Shown here piece after piece: positions 9,762 to 18,869 of a DNA stretch of 64,000 nt; positions within the stretch are counted from its first letter, which is position 1, and each line of letters starts with the position of its first letter. A program made the translations under genes and the position numbers. The notes below the pieces were generated by a model. The model did not search any database, was not told where the DNA came from, and saw only the letters and a list, made by a program, of their open reading frames with translations. This stretch comes from Candidatus Aminicenantes bacterium (GTDB lineage: Bacteria > Acidobacteriota > Aminicenantia > UBA2199), in assembly GCA_029938635.1 (NCBI GenBank), contig JAOZUQ010000001.1, positions 101,070-165,069 of the forward strand, read 5' to 3'.

Positions 9762-11147
9762 ATGTTTAATACAAATGTCTATAAAAAAAGAAGAGAGGTT
9801 TTAAAAAATAATGTAGGATCAGGAGTTGTTATTTTTCCCGGCAACATAGATTCACCGATGAACTACCCTGCTAATACGTTTCATTTCAGGCAGGACAGCA
9901 CATTTCTTTACTATTTCGGCCTTAACAAACCCGGATTTTACGGAGTAATGGATATAGACAATGGAGAAGATTATCTCTTCGGGACGGATTTCACTATCGA
10001 TGATATTATCTGGATGGGCCCCCAACCACTGGTTTCCACATTATCAGACAGTATCGGTGCATCAAAGTCAGGTACTATATCTGAAATGAAAGGTCTTATT
10101 GACACCGCAATAAATACAGGACGCAAAATACATTTCCTCCCCCCTTACAGAGGTGAGAGTATAATGGATCTCTCGGTACTTCTCGGAATAAAGTCCACCA
10201 TGATCAAGGGGTATTCCTCTATTGAACTGATCAATGCAGTTGTAAAACAGAGATCATATAAAGAAGAGAGGGAGATAGTCGAGATCGAGAAAGCCCTGAA
10301 GATCTCTTCTGAGATTTACGATGCTATGTTCAAATCGGTAAAACCCGGAAAATATGAGAAGGAGATGACAGGGATTATCGAGGGAATAGTTGGAAAGTAC
10401 GGAGCAGTAACTTCTTTCCCTATAATATTGTCTGTACATGGAGAAACTCTTCATAATCACGGCCATGAAAACAAGATGGAAGAGGGCGATCTTCTTATAA
10501 TAGATTCAGGTGCTGAATCTCCTGAATATTATGCATCTGATATAACAAGAACCCTCCCCGTATCGGGAAAATTCTCCGATAAACAAAAGGATGTTTTCAG
10601 AATAGTGCAAAAATCAATTGAAACTACAACCGAGTTCGTACAACCCGGAAGAAAATATAAAGATATTCATATGATGGCGGCAGAGATCATTGCCAGTGGC
10701 CTCAAAGACCTCGGATTAATGAAGGGGAATGTTGAGGATGCAGTTAAAGAAGGTGCCCATGCTCTATTCTTCCCTCACGGACTCGGACATATGATGGGGC
10801 TGGACGTTCACGACATGGAAAATCTGGGCGAAAATTATATTGGTTATACTGATGAAATGAAGAGAAGCGATCAGTTCGGCACAGCTTATCTCAGACTGGC
10901 AAGAGAACTTGAACCCGGATTCGTGCTTACGGTAGAGCCGGGAATTTACTTTATTCCCGCCCTCATTGACAAGTGGAGATCTGAAGGAAATCACAAAGAT
11001 TTTATCAATTACGACAATGTTGAAAAATACAGGGATTTTGGCGGCATCAGACTTGAGGATGATGTCCTCGTAAGAGAAAAGGGCCACAGGGTACTCGGAG
11101 AACCCATCCCGAAATCTGTTGAAGATATCGAAGATAAAATGGCTTGA
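9762..11147 (+). CDS. pepP: Xaa-Pro aminopeptidase (M24B)
   Basis: FRQDSTFLY, DSGAE..YASDITRT, HGLGH, TVEPG, GGIRLEDD metal-binding motifs. Confidence 0.92.
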   Translation: MFNTNVYKKRREVLKNNVGSGVVIFPGNIDSPMNYPANTFHFRQDSTFLYYFGLNKPGFYGVMDIDNGEDYLFGTDFTIDDIIWMGPQPLVSTLSDSIGASKSGTISEMKGLIDTAINTGRKIHFLPPYRGESIMDLSVLLGIKSTMIKGYSSIELINAVVKQRSYKEEREIVEIEKALKISSEIYDAMFKSVKPGKYEKEMTGIIEGIVGKYGAVTSFPIILSVHGETLHNHGHENKMEEGDLLIIDSGAESPEYYASDITRTLPVSGKFSDKQKDVFRIVQKSIETTTEFVQPGRKYKDIHMMAAEIIASGLKDLGLMKGNVEDAVKEGAHALFFPHGLGHMMGLDVHDMENLGENYIGYTDEMKRSDQFGTAYLRLARELEPGFVLTVEPGIYFIPALIDKWRSEGNHKDFINYDNVEKYRDFGGIRLEDDVLVREKGHRVLGEPIPKSVEDIEDKMA

Positions 11148-11232
11148 AACTAAAAAAAGCTTATTTTTAACGATTTCCATTTTCAAATGCAGATATAATT
11201 TAATTTTTTAACAAAATAATATCGTTAAATAC

Positions 11233-11261
11233 TTGACTTTTTCCTACCTCTGGAATATAGT
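11233..11261 (+). promoter_or_regulatory. Sigma-70 promoter of rex
   Basis: TTGACT-17 nt-TATAGT. Confidence 0.7.
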
Positions 11262-11291
11262 TAGACATTGAACAATAAAAAGAGGTAGGCA

Positions 11292-11951
11292 ATGAAAAAA
11301 AAAATAAGTTTAAGGGTTATTCGTAGAATTTCCTTCTACTATGAAGCACTATTAAAACTGGACCTTCCGGGTGATGACTACATCTCATCAAAGCAGTTGG
11401 AAGAGATCACAGGTGTCTCCTGCAACCAGGTAAGGCAGGACTTTTTCTATCTGGGAATATCTGTAGGAAAACAGAAAAAAGGATATCAGGTAAAACGCCT
11501 CTTCAAAGAACTGAAGAAGATCCTTTCTATCGATAAGGGAGCAGAGGTTGTTGTTATAGGTGCGGGCCGTCTTGGAAGAGCTCTGTCCGAATATAAACTT
11601 TTCAGGATCAGGAATATTAATGTAAGAGCCCTGTTCGACAAAAAACCGGAGCTTGTAGGTACGATATTAGAACTTAAAGAGAAAAAGATCCCAGTACTTC
11701 ATATTGACAAATTAGGAAGCTTTCTTAAAGAAAACACCAAGATAAAAATCGCCCTTCTGTCTGTTCCCGATTCTGTTGCGCAGGAAATGCTTGACAAACT
11801 TATCGGATTCGGTATGAAAGGTATAGTAAATTTCGCACCAAGGATATTGAAGCTCCCGGAAAATGCTAAGGATGTTCAATTGATAAACGACTGCATAGGA
11901 GCTTCTTTATACAAAATAGTTTATCAGATTTACAATAAACAGAAAAAATAG
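11292..11951 (+). CDS. rex: Redox-sensing transcriptional repressor Rex
   Basis: N-terminal wHTH (ISS..L...QVRQD), Rossmann VIGAGRLGRAL, C-terminal GIVNFAP. Confidence 0.88.
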   Translation: MKKKISLRVIRRISFYYEALLKLDLPGDDYISSKQLEEITGVSCNQVRQDFFYLGISVGKQKKGYQVKRLFKELKKILSIDKGAEVVVIGAGRLGRALSEYKLFRIRNINVRALFDKKPELVGTILELKEKKIPVLHIDKLGSFLKENTKIKIALLSVPDSVAQEMLDKLIGFGMKGIVNFAPRILKLPENAKDVQLINDCIGASLYKIVYQIYNKQKK

Positions 11952-11994
11952 TTGAAAATCCTTTCCGGTAAATATAAAATCCGGAACGGTGTAA

Positions 11995-13242
11995 ATGATG
12001 CTTCTTTATATATTACCTTTTGTTATGCTGGTTTTATTCAGTGCATTCTTTTCTTCTGCCGAAACCTCTCTCCTCTCTCTCAATTCCATCCGCCTCAACC
12101 ATAAAGCAAAAAAAGGGGGTAAAAAGGCCCGGCTCCTCCTGTCGATCCTGAAAAACCCGGATGAGTTCTTTGCAACTATCCTTATCGGAAATAATGTTGT
12201 GAATATTGCAGCTGCATCAATTTCTACTATCTTTTTTACAAAAGTGTTCATCAATGATGATAAAATGATACTTATATCATCCACAATTTTCACCACCCTT
12301 ATCATTCTTGTTTTTGCTGAAATAATTCCAAAATCATATGCTTTCAGACATGGGGATAAGCTTTCATCCATTTATGCCCTTCCGGTCAGATTTTTCTCAA
12401 TTCTTTTTTACCCTTTTGTAAAGATCTTCTCTAAGTTGTCCTCCCTTCTTATCCCGGGTAAAGAGAAAAAGAAAAAAAAGGATATTACAACCGAGGAGCT
12501 GAAACACTTCCTTGCATCTGAAGTTCAATTTTTCAAACACAATCCCCACAACCTCAAAATGATCAACGAAATACTTGACATAGGGGACAGAGATATAAAA
12601 AGTATCATGACACCGAGAGTTGATATAATTGCCCTTGAGATCACGGAAAACATTGATAATTTTAAAAAGATCATAATCGAAAAAGAGATCACAAAAATAC
12701 CTCTATACAAAGACAGCCTTGATAATATAGTTGCAATTATTTATCTGAAAAAAATATTTCCCTCTTTTATAACAAAAGGGGTCAACAAAACAAAGCTCAG
12801 TGACCTGGCCGTGAAGCCTTTTTTTATATCAGAATATTCCTCAATAAATTATATCCTCAAAGAGTTTAGAAAGAACAGTCAGGATCTGGCTGTTGTGCTT
12901 GATGAGTACGGCATAACGATTGGAGTTGTTACCCTTAATGATATTTTCAGGGAGATCCTGGGTGAGTTTGATATCGGAAAAAGCTCTATTGCCCAGCCGG
13001 AGAAAGGGCTCTTCCTGATCAGGGGTGAGCTTCCTGTTGATGAGGTTAACGATCAGTTAAATATTGAGTTGCCGATGAAAAAAGATTTCACAACCATCTC
13101 AGGACTCTTCACCTATTTTTTCGGAAGACTCCCAAAAAAGGGAAGCAGGATAAATATCGGAAACTGTATCCTGGAAGTGGAAAAGATGGGAGACAGGAAG
13201 ATTGTGGAGATTAGTTTAAAGAAATCGTCCCCTTCAAATTAG
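11995..13242 (+). CDS. CNNM/CorC-HlyC family membrane protein (DUF21 + CBS pair + CorC)
   Basis: FSAFFSSAETS, TILIGNN, AEIIPK, IMTPR, VLDEYG. Confidence 0.9.
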   Translation: MMLLYILPFVMLVLFSAFFSSAETSLLSLNSIRLNHKAKKGGKKARLLLSILKNPDEFFATILIGNNVVNIAAASISTIFFTKVFINDDKMILISSTIFTTLIILVFAEIIPKSYAFRHGDKLSSIYALPVRFFSILFYPFVKIFSKLSSLLIPGKEKKKKKDITTEELKHFLASEVQFFKHNPHNLKMINEILDIGDRDIKSIMTPRVDIIALEITENIDNFKKIIIEKEITKIPLYKDSLDNIVAIIYLKKIFPSFITKGVNKTKLSDLAVKPFFISEYSSINYILKEFRKNSQDLAVVLDEYGITIGVVTLNDIFREILGEFDIGKSSIAQPEKGLFLIRGELPVDEVNDQLNIELPMKKDFTTISGLFTYFFGRLPKKGSRINIGNCILEVEKMGDRKIVEISLKKSSPSN

Positions 13243-13291
13243 ATCACCCTTTACCTGCATCAGGATATCGAATATAATCAATGTCGGAATT

Positions 13292-13747
13292 ATGGAATAC
13301 AAGAATATTGCGGTTAACAAAAAAGCTTTTCATGAATATGAGATCATTGAAAAGATTGAAGCCGGCATTTCTCTACTCGGAAGTGAAGTTAAATCTGCAA
13401 GAGAAGGGAAAGTAAATATAAAAGATGCTTATGTGGACCTCAGATCCGGTGAAGCGATTTTATTAAATGCTCATATCAGTATGTACACAAATGCCGGGAT
13501 AAATAATCATGAACCCCTGAGGAACAGAAAGCTGCTTTTACACCGGCAGGAATTAAAAAAATATATAAAAAAAACAACACAAAGGGGCTTTACAGTTATC
13601 CCCCTCAGAATGTATTTCACAAAAAAAGGGCTGATCAAGGTCGAGATCGCACTTGCCAGAGGAAAACACTCCTACGATAAAAAACAACAATTGAAAGAAA
13701 GGGATCAGAAACGTGACATGGCCCGTGAACTTAAAAATTACAAATAA
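13292..13747 (+). CDS. smpB: SsrA-binding protein
   Basis: NKKAFHEY, EAGISLLGSEVKS, RKLLLH, ARGK..YDK. Confidence 0.97.
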   Translation: MEYKNIAVNKKAFHEYEIIEKIEAGISLLGSEVKSAREGKVNIKDAYVDLRSGEAILLNAHISMYTNAGINNHEPLRNRKLLLHRQELKKYIKKTTQRGFTVIPLRMYFTKKGLIKVEIALARGKHSYDKKQQLKERDQKRDMARELKNYK

Positions 13748-13749
13748 TC

Positions 13750-14412
13750 TTAAACATAAGGAGTATTGAATCTGTTTTTGTAAGCTCCATTCTTTTTAAG
13801 CATTCCGTTCCAGTAGAGATTATTCAGCCCGATCAGCGACATAAACCTGTACACTCCTCTTGAAAATGGAGAAAGACGTTCCGGACTTGCCAGTTTCTTT
13901 AATAGTCCCGGATCCAGCGACTTTGTTCCGGCAAACTGCTCGCCGATCTGATTAAAAAGGAGCCTGGATTTTCTGGTCATCATCTGAGGCATTATTCGCA
14001 ACCCCTCACTCCCCCCCTTGACTATGGTTCCCAAATAATCCGCACCCAGTTTTGCCGTTAGTTTTTTCAGATACCTTTCAACACCTCTCGAGTGGCAGGC
14101 CTCCGGGAATCCTGAATGGACTAGAAAAAGGAGGGATTTACCCGACATTGAACCCTGATAATCCGCAAGTTTGTCAATGAATTTCTTAACAATACCCGGC
14201 ATTGCATCTGTATACAACGGAAAAGCCAGAAGGACCGTTTCAGACCGTTTTAAGATTTCGATCATATCCGGATGTTTATCCTGATCCTTTATGTAATGGA
14301 CATTCACATCTCCCGATGTATCTTTAAGGAAACCCTCTTTGAACCAATTGATCAGAATTTCGCTATTCCCTTTTGAACCACGGGTAGAACCGTTAAATAC
14401 TGTTAATTTCAT
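13750..14412 (-). CDS. Flavodoxin-fold NAD(P)H-dependent oxidoreductase
   Basis: FNGSTR..GNS, FPLYTDAMPG, HSGFPE. Confidence 0.8.
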   Translation of the reverse strand: MKLTVFNGSTRGSKGNSEILINWFKEGFLKDTSGDVNVHYIKDQDKHPDMIEILKRSETVLLAFPLYTDAMPGIVKKFIDKLADYQGSMSGKSLLFLVHSGFPEACHSRGVERYLKKLTAKLGADYLGTIVKGGSEGLRIMPQMMTRKSRLLFNQIGEQFAGTKSLDPGLLKKLASPERLSPFSRGVYRFMSLIGLNNLYWNGMLKKNGAYKNRFNTPYV

Positions 14413-14938
14413 TGACTACCTCCATGACTGTAGCAGAAGTATCTCTGAACATCTTTAATTCAGTTTTAAAATTCAGTGCATATCTCTGAAACAAATGTTC
14501 AATAATATCCCTGTCTTCCAGATCTAAATCTCCGGAATCCTCAAGGATCAATCCGAGCCAGGGATATTTCAGGTATCTCTTCTGATGATGACACTCATTC
14601 TGAACCAGCATGATATATGGGTGGACCAGAGGAATTGTTCTGTCCATAGCCATTTTCATAGTGCCGTTCACATAACCCAAGACAGGTTTTGCAACAAATA
14701 AGGTCAGATCAGATTGGATTATCCCTTCCAGAACCCGGGCCATATCATCACGGATCAGACATTCTCCGGGGGTTTTCACCCAGCATCCCCAGCATCCGAT
14801 ACACGATTTGATCTCCATTTGGGTCAGATCAAAATCTTTAAGGTGGTGCCCCTGACCGGCAAGCTGACTGCTCATTGCTTCCTTAAAGTCCCTCACTGAG
14901 GAACTCCCTGACACCGCTGAAATTGTTGTAATTCTCAT
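14393..14938 (-). CDS. Iron-sulfur flavoprotein-like flavodoxin family protein
   Basis: CIGCWGCWVKTPGEC..DDM motif. Confidence 0.8.
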   Translation of the reverse strand: MRITTISAVSGSSSVRDFKEAMSSQLAGQGHHLKDFDLTQMEIKSCIGCWGCWVKTPGECLIRDDMARVLEGIIQSDLTLFVAKPVLGYVNGTMKMAMDRTIPLVHPYIMLVQNECHHQKRYLKYPWLGLILEDSGDLDLEDRDIIEHLFQRYALNFKTELKMFRDTSATVMEVVNEINSI

Positions 14939-15540
14939 TTCCTTTTCCCCTCATCTATAAGTTTTTTAAATAATTCCGGATCTTTTTGATATATGGTCGA
15001 ACTTATCACATCTCCACCTGTCTTGCCCAACAGATCAATAATAAACTCATCACTCTCATTTTCGATGTATCCGGTTGAGATCAGAGTTGCCAGTCCATGG
15101 GTGAAGATCCACATTTTCCGGAGGATATCCTTCCGTTCTTCATCATTAACCAATTGTGAGATTTGATCTTTTTTCATTTGCAGATCGGTGGAATAGTGAA
15201 ACCGCTCAAGCATCTCTTTGAATTTATCCGACTCCAGAAAAAGGACCCTGTATAATTTTCGGTATTCCCGGGCAAAAAATACGATCCCGATCCCGATGTT
15301 CAGGAACAGGTTATCTGTATATTCTTTCTCTGTATAGGAGATCAGAATGTCTATTACTCTGGAGATCAGGCTGGCCTCAAGTTCCGGCATCGATCTGAAG
15401 GTGGAATACACAGGAGTGGTTGAACAACCCAGTTCCCTTGCAATCCTTCGAACCGATAATTTATCCAATCCTTCGCGATTAGCAATACTCAGAGCTCCGT
15501 TTAATATCTCCTCACGTCCATATTTTTCTTTTGGCGGCAT
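14935..15540 (-). CDS. TetR/AcrR family regulator (WHG-like C domain)
   Basis: N-terminal HTH LSVRRIARELGCSTTPVY; WIFTHGLA. Confidence 0.9.
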   Translation of the reverse strand: MPPKEKYGREEILNGALSIANREGLDKLSVRRIARELGCSTTPVYSTFRSMPELEASLISRVIDILISYTEKEYTDNLFLNIGIGIVFFAREYRKLYRVLFLESDKFKEMLERFHYSTDLQMKKDQISQLVNDEERKDILRKMWIFTHGLATLISTGYIENESDEFIIDLLGKTGGDVISSTIYQKDPELFKKLIDEGKRK

Positions 15541-15558
15541 TATTCATTTCTCCACAAT

Positions 15559-15586
15559 ATAACATCTGTTATATAACAACTGTTAT
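15559..15586. promoter_or_regulatory. Tandem palindromic operators upstream of tetR
   Basis: ATAACA-TC-TGTTAT immediately followed by ATAACA-AC-TGTTAT. Confidence 0.7.
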
Positions 15587-15661
15587 TTTACTGGAATATT
15601 TACAAAAAGCAACCATTTTTATTAAATTTGTTTAAAAATATTTTTTAGTGAACCTCTTCCT

Positions 15662-16357
15662 TTAAACCATGCTCAGGAAGAGGAAGGAGAAGCCGGAGAT
15701 AACAAGGGCTTTGAATATCAGGTAAATCACAGAAATAGTCATCGACTTTTTAATATCAAGTTTTGAAAAATATGCTATTCCGAGTGCAATTGCAATTGTA
15801 TACCATACTGAGAAAATATCAAATCTGGATACAAATATATGGATGAATGATTTTGCATCCCCGCCTGTAAAAAAAACAGCCGGAGAAAGAATTCCCAACA
15901 ATTTAACATTAAATATGAGAGAAACCGTTTCGACCATCTTGGGAAAAACTATATCAATTAGTGACGCACCTGTAGCAATAGCAAAATAATTTATATACAA
16001 ACCTTCTGCTCCACCTATCCCGAAGAAAAGGTATGTGAAGAATGCACCAACCCCGATTACAATAAAAATGAATACCAGTTCGGGGATAAGGACGAACATT
16101 TTCTGACCGAATGATAATGACTGGAAATCAAAATTCTGATCCTGGAAATAATCGGCCAGATTTGAATCCTGCAGCATTTCCGACATCTGATCCGCTGCAT
16201 ATGGAAATGTCACAAAACTTAGTATCATAACGGTCAGCAGGATGAAAACAAAATAGGGAATCCATTTTTTGTTTTCCATTAAATTACCAAGTGAAGGGCC
16301 GGGGGTTCTGATTATTCCATCCAACCCGGAAAAAAGTGAATTAATTTTTTCAATCAT
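15662..16357 (-). CDS. Yip1-domain membrane protein
   Basis: About 5 TM helices, P..W N-terminal pattern, DIFSVW; start revised to ATG 16357, 6 nt after TATAAT. Confidence 0.7.
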   Translation of the reverse strand: MIEKINSLFSGLDGIIRTPGPSLGNLMENKKWIPYFVFILLTVMILSFVTFPYAADQMSEMLQDSNLADYFQDQNFDFQSLSFGQKMFVLIPELVFIFIVIGVGAFFTYLFFGIGGAEGLYINYFAIATGASLIDIVFPKMVETVSLIFNVKLLGILSPAVFFTGGDAKSFIHIFVSRFDIFSVWYTIAIALGIAYFSKLDIKKSMTISVIYLIFKALVISGFSFLFLSMV

Positions 16358-16482
16358 TTTCTGATTATACCGCATTTTATTTATTTATCACAATTCCCGG
16401 AATATCTTTTTTAAGCTCTTCAATGTTTCAAAATATATAGAAAAGGTGATATTATATTTCCCGGAAATAAGGAGTAATAAAA

Positions 16483-17667
16483 ATGAACAAAATAGAAGAA
16501 ATTCTTAAGCTGGCTGAAAAATACAGGGATTTTACGGCTGAAAAATTGTCCGATTTAGTTAAAGCTGTATCGATGAGTGGAGATGAAAAGAAGGCTGCGG
16601 ATGTCCTTGCCGGACAAATGAGGGATGCCGGCTTTGATGAAGTATCCATTGACCCACTCGGAAATGTAATAGGCAGGATCGGGTCAGGGGAAAAGATACT
16701 GGCTTTCGATGCTCATATTGATACCGTTGATACAGGAAACAGAGACAATTGGAAATTCGATCCGTATTCAGGAGAGATTAAGGATGGTTTTGTTCATGGA
16801 AGAGGAACTGTTGATCAGAAAGGGGGAGCCGCATCATTTATAACTGCAGGAAAGATAATCAAAGAACTCGGTATCAGAGATGACCTCACTATATATTTTG
16901 TCGGCAGCGTAATGGAAGAAGATTGTGACGGACTCTGCTGGAAATATATTGTTGAAGAGGATGGAATAAAACCTGACCTGGTAATAAGTACAGAACCGAC
17001 CAATCTTAATGTTTATAGAGGGCATCGGGGAAGGATGGAGATAAATGTTAGTTTCAAAGGCGTTTCTTCCCACGGCTCAGCTCCGGAGAGAGGAAAAAAT
17101 GCAATTTATATGGGATCAAAAGTTGCATTGGAAATAGAAAAATTAAATGAAAAACTTAAAGATGACAGCTTCCTGGGAAAAGGCAGTATCACTATTTCAG
17201 AATTTATTTCGGGAAGCCCCTCATTATGCGCAGTTGCAGATTTTGCAAGGTTACACATAGACCGGAGGCTGACATGGGGAGAGACCGAAGAGATAGCTAT
17301 CGCTGAGATAGAAAAAATTATTGAAGGGATGGATGCAAAAGTTACGATCCCGTTCTATGAAGGAGAAGCATATACCGGGCTTAAATATGGAATGAAAAAA
17401 TATTATCCCACCTGGATGATGCCGGAAGACAACGAAATGGTTGTTAAAGGTGTTGAAACATTCTCAGACCTCTTCGGAGAGAAACCGGAAACAGGGAGAT
17501 GGACTTTCTCTACTAACGGCGTAACCATTAAAGGACTGTTCAATATACCGGTTATTGGATTCGGGCCCGGAGATGAGAAACTTGCTCACGCACCGAATGA
17601 GATGATTCCTGTAGAGGATTTAGTAAAAGCATCCGCATTCTATGCCGGATTTGCGTACAAAATGTAA
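16483..17667 (+). CDS. ygeY: YgeY-family M20 hydrolase/deacetylase
   Basis: DAHIDTV, GRGTVDQKGG, EEDCDGLCW, HGSAPERG, WTFSTNG, AHAPNE. Confidence 0.9.
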   Translation: MNKIEEILKLAEKYRDFTAEKLSDLVKAVSMSGDEKKAADVLAGQMRDAGFDEVSIDPLGNVIGRIGSGEKILAFDAHIDTVDTGNRDNWKFDPYSGEIKDGFVHGRGTVDQKGGAASFITAGKIIKELGIRDDLTIYFVGSVMEEDCDGLCWKYIVEEDGIKPDLVISTEPTNLNVYRGHRGRMEINVSFKGVSSHGSAPERGKNAIYMGSKVALEIEKLNEKLKDDSFLGKGSITISEFISGSPSLCAVADFARLHIDRRLTWGETEEIAIAEIEKIIEGMDAKVTIPFYEGEAYTGLKYGMKKYYPTWMMPEDNEMVVKGVETFSDLFGEKPETGRWTFSTNGVTIKGLFNIPVIGFGPGDEKLAHAPNEMIPVEDLVKASAFYAGFAYKM

Positions 17668-17675
17668 ATGGAGAT

Positions 17676-18869
17676 ATGATAATGCCGGAAAAATTATTAA
17701 GAGAGATCAAAGATTTAAAGACAAAATTATACGGGAAAGATTTTCTTCTCACATGGGAGAAAGACAGGCAGGAACTTGAGCAGGTATTGCTGATGGCTGA
17801 TGCTCTCAGGATACTTCGGGGAAAAAACATATCAACAAGATGTTTTGATTCCGGACTCGCTGTTTCATTGTTCCGCGACAACTCAACCAGGACAAGGTTC
17901 TCTTTCGCTTCTGCTGCCAACCTTCTCGGGCTTGAGATCCAGGACCTGGATGAGCAAAAATCTCAAATTGCTCATGGTGAGACGGTAAGAGAAACTGCGA
18001 ATATGATCTCATTTTTGACTGAAGTGATAGGGATCAGAGATGACATTTTTCTCGGAGAAGGCAATAAATTTATGAGGGAGGTTGGAGAAGCGCTTGATGA
18101 AGGTTTTGGCAGGGAAGTACTCCCTCAACGCCCGGGTATCGTAAACCTCCAATGTGATATAGATCATCCGACCCAGTCTATGGCAGATCTCTTTCATTTA
18201 AAGAACCATTTCGGTTCACTCGATTCACTGAAAGGGAAAAAAATAGCAATGACATGGGCATACTCACCTTCGTACGGGAAACCACTATCAGTCCCGCAGG
18301 GGATAATCGGCCTTATGTCCAGATTCGGCATGGAAGTTTCGCTCGCCTTTCCCAAAGGATACGATCTTATCCCTGAAGTAGTGAAGACTGCATCGGAAAA
18401 TGCAGAAAAATCCGGTGGAAGCTTTACAATTTCGGATTCAATGGATGAAGCTTTCCGGGATGCTGATATAGTTTATCCGAAGAGCTGGGCTCCATGGACT
18501 ACAATGGAGAGGAGGACAGAACTTTTAAAAAAGAGTGATTCAAAGGGGCTGGAGCTGCTCGAAAAAGAGAGCCTTGAGAATAACAGAAAATACATGGATT
18601 GGGAGTGTAATTCCGAAAGGATAAAGAGCACGAAGGATGGAGAAGCATTATATATGCATTGCCTTCCGGCAGATATTACCGGGGTGTCATGTAAAAATGG
18701 TGAAGTTGATGCTGAAGTTTTCGAAAAGTACAGGAAAGATACATATATAGAAGCCGGGTATAAACCCTACATAATTGCAGCAATGATAATGGCAAACAAA
18801 TTCAAAGACCCGTCAGAAGTTCTTAATGGATTTATCAGAAGAGGAGCAGATAGAAGGATAGAGGGATAA
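17676..18869 (+). CDS. ygeW: Knotted carbamoyltransferase YgeW
   Basis: FRDNSTRTR, LQCDIDHPTQ, WAYSPSYGKPLSVPQG, MHCLPADI. Confidence 0.93.
   Translation: MIMPEKLLREIKDLKTKLYGKDFLLTWEKDRQELEQVLLMADALRILRGKNISTRCFDSGLAVSLFRDNSTRTRFSFASAANLLGLEIQDLDEQKSQIAHGETVRETANMISFLTEVIGIRDDIFLGEGNKFMREVGEALDEGFGREVLPQRPGIVNLQCDIDHPTQSMADLFHLKNHFGSLDSLKGKKIAMTWAYSPSYGKPLSVPQGIIGLMSRFGMEVSLAFPKGYDLIPEVVKTASENAEKSGGSFTISDSMDEAFRDADIVYPKSWAPWTTMERRTELLKKSDSKGLELLEKESLENNRKYMDWECNSERIKSTKDGEALYMHCLPADITGVSCKNGEVDAEVFEKYRKDTYIEAGYKPYIIAAMIMANKFKDPSEVLNGFIRRGADRRIEG

Noticed and set aside
11222-11239. Rex operator TCGTTAA-ATAC-TTGACTT over the rex -35 box
   Set aside because: The second half-site matches poorly and cannot be distinguished from AT-rich background.
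13292-13800. tmRNA or an integration site next to smpB
   Set aside because: smpB is followed within 2 nt by a converging CDS; no ssrA or att-like sequence seen.
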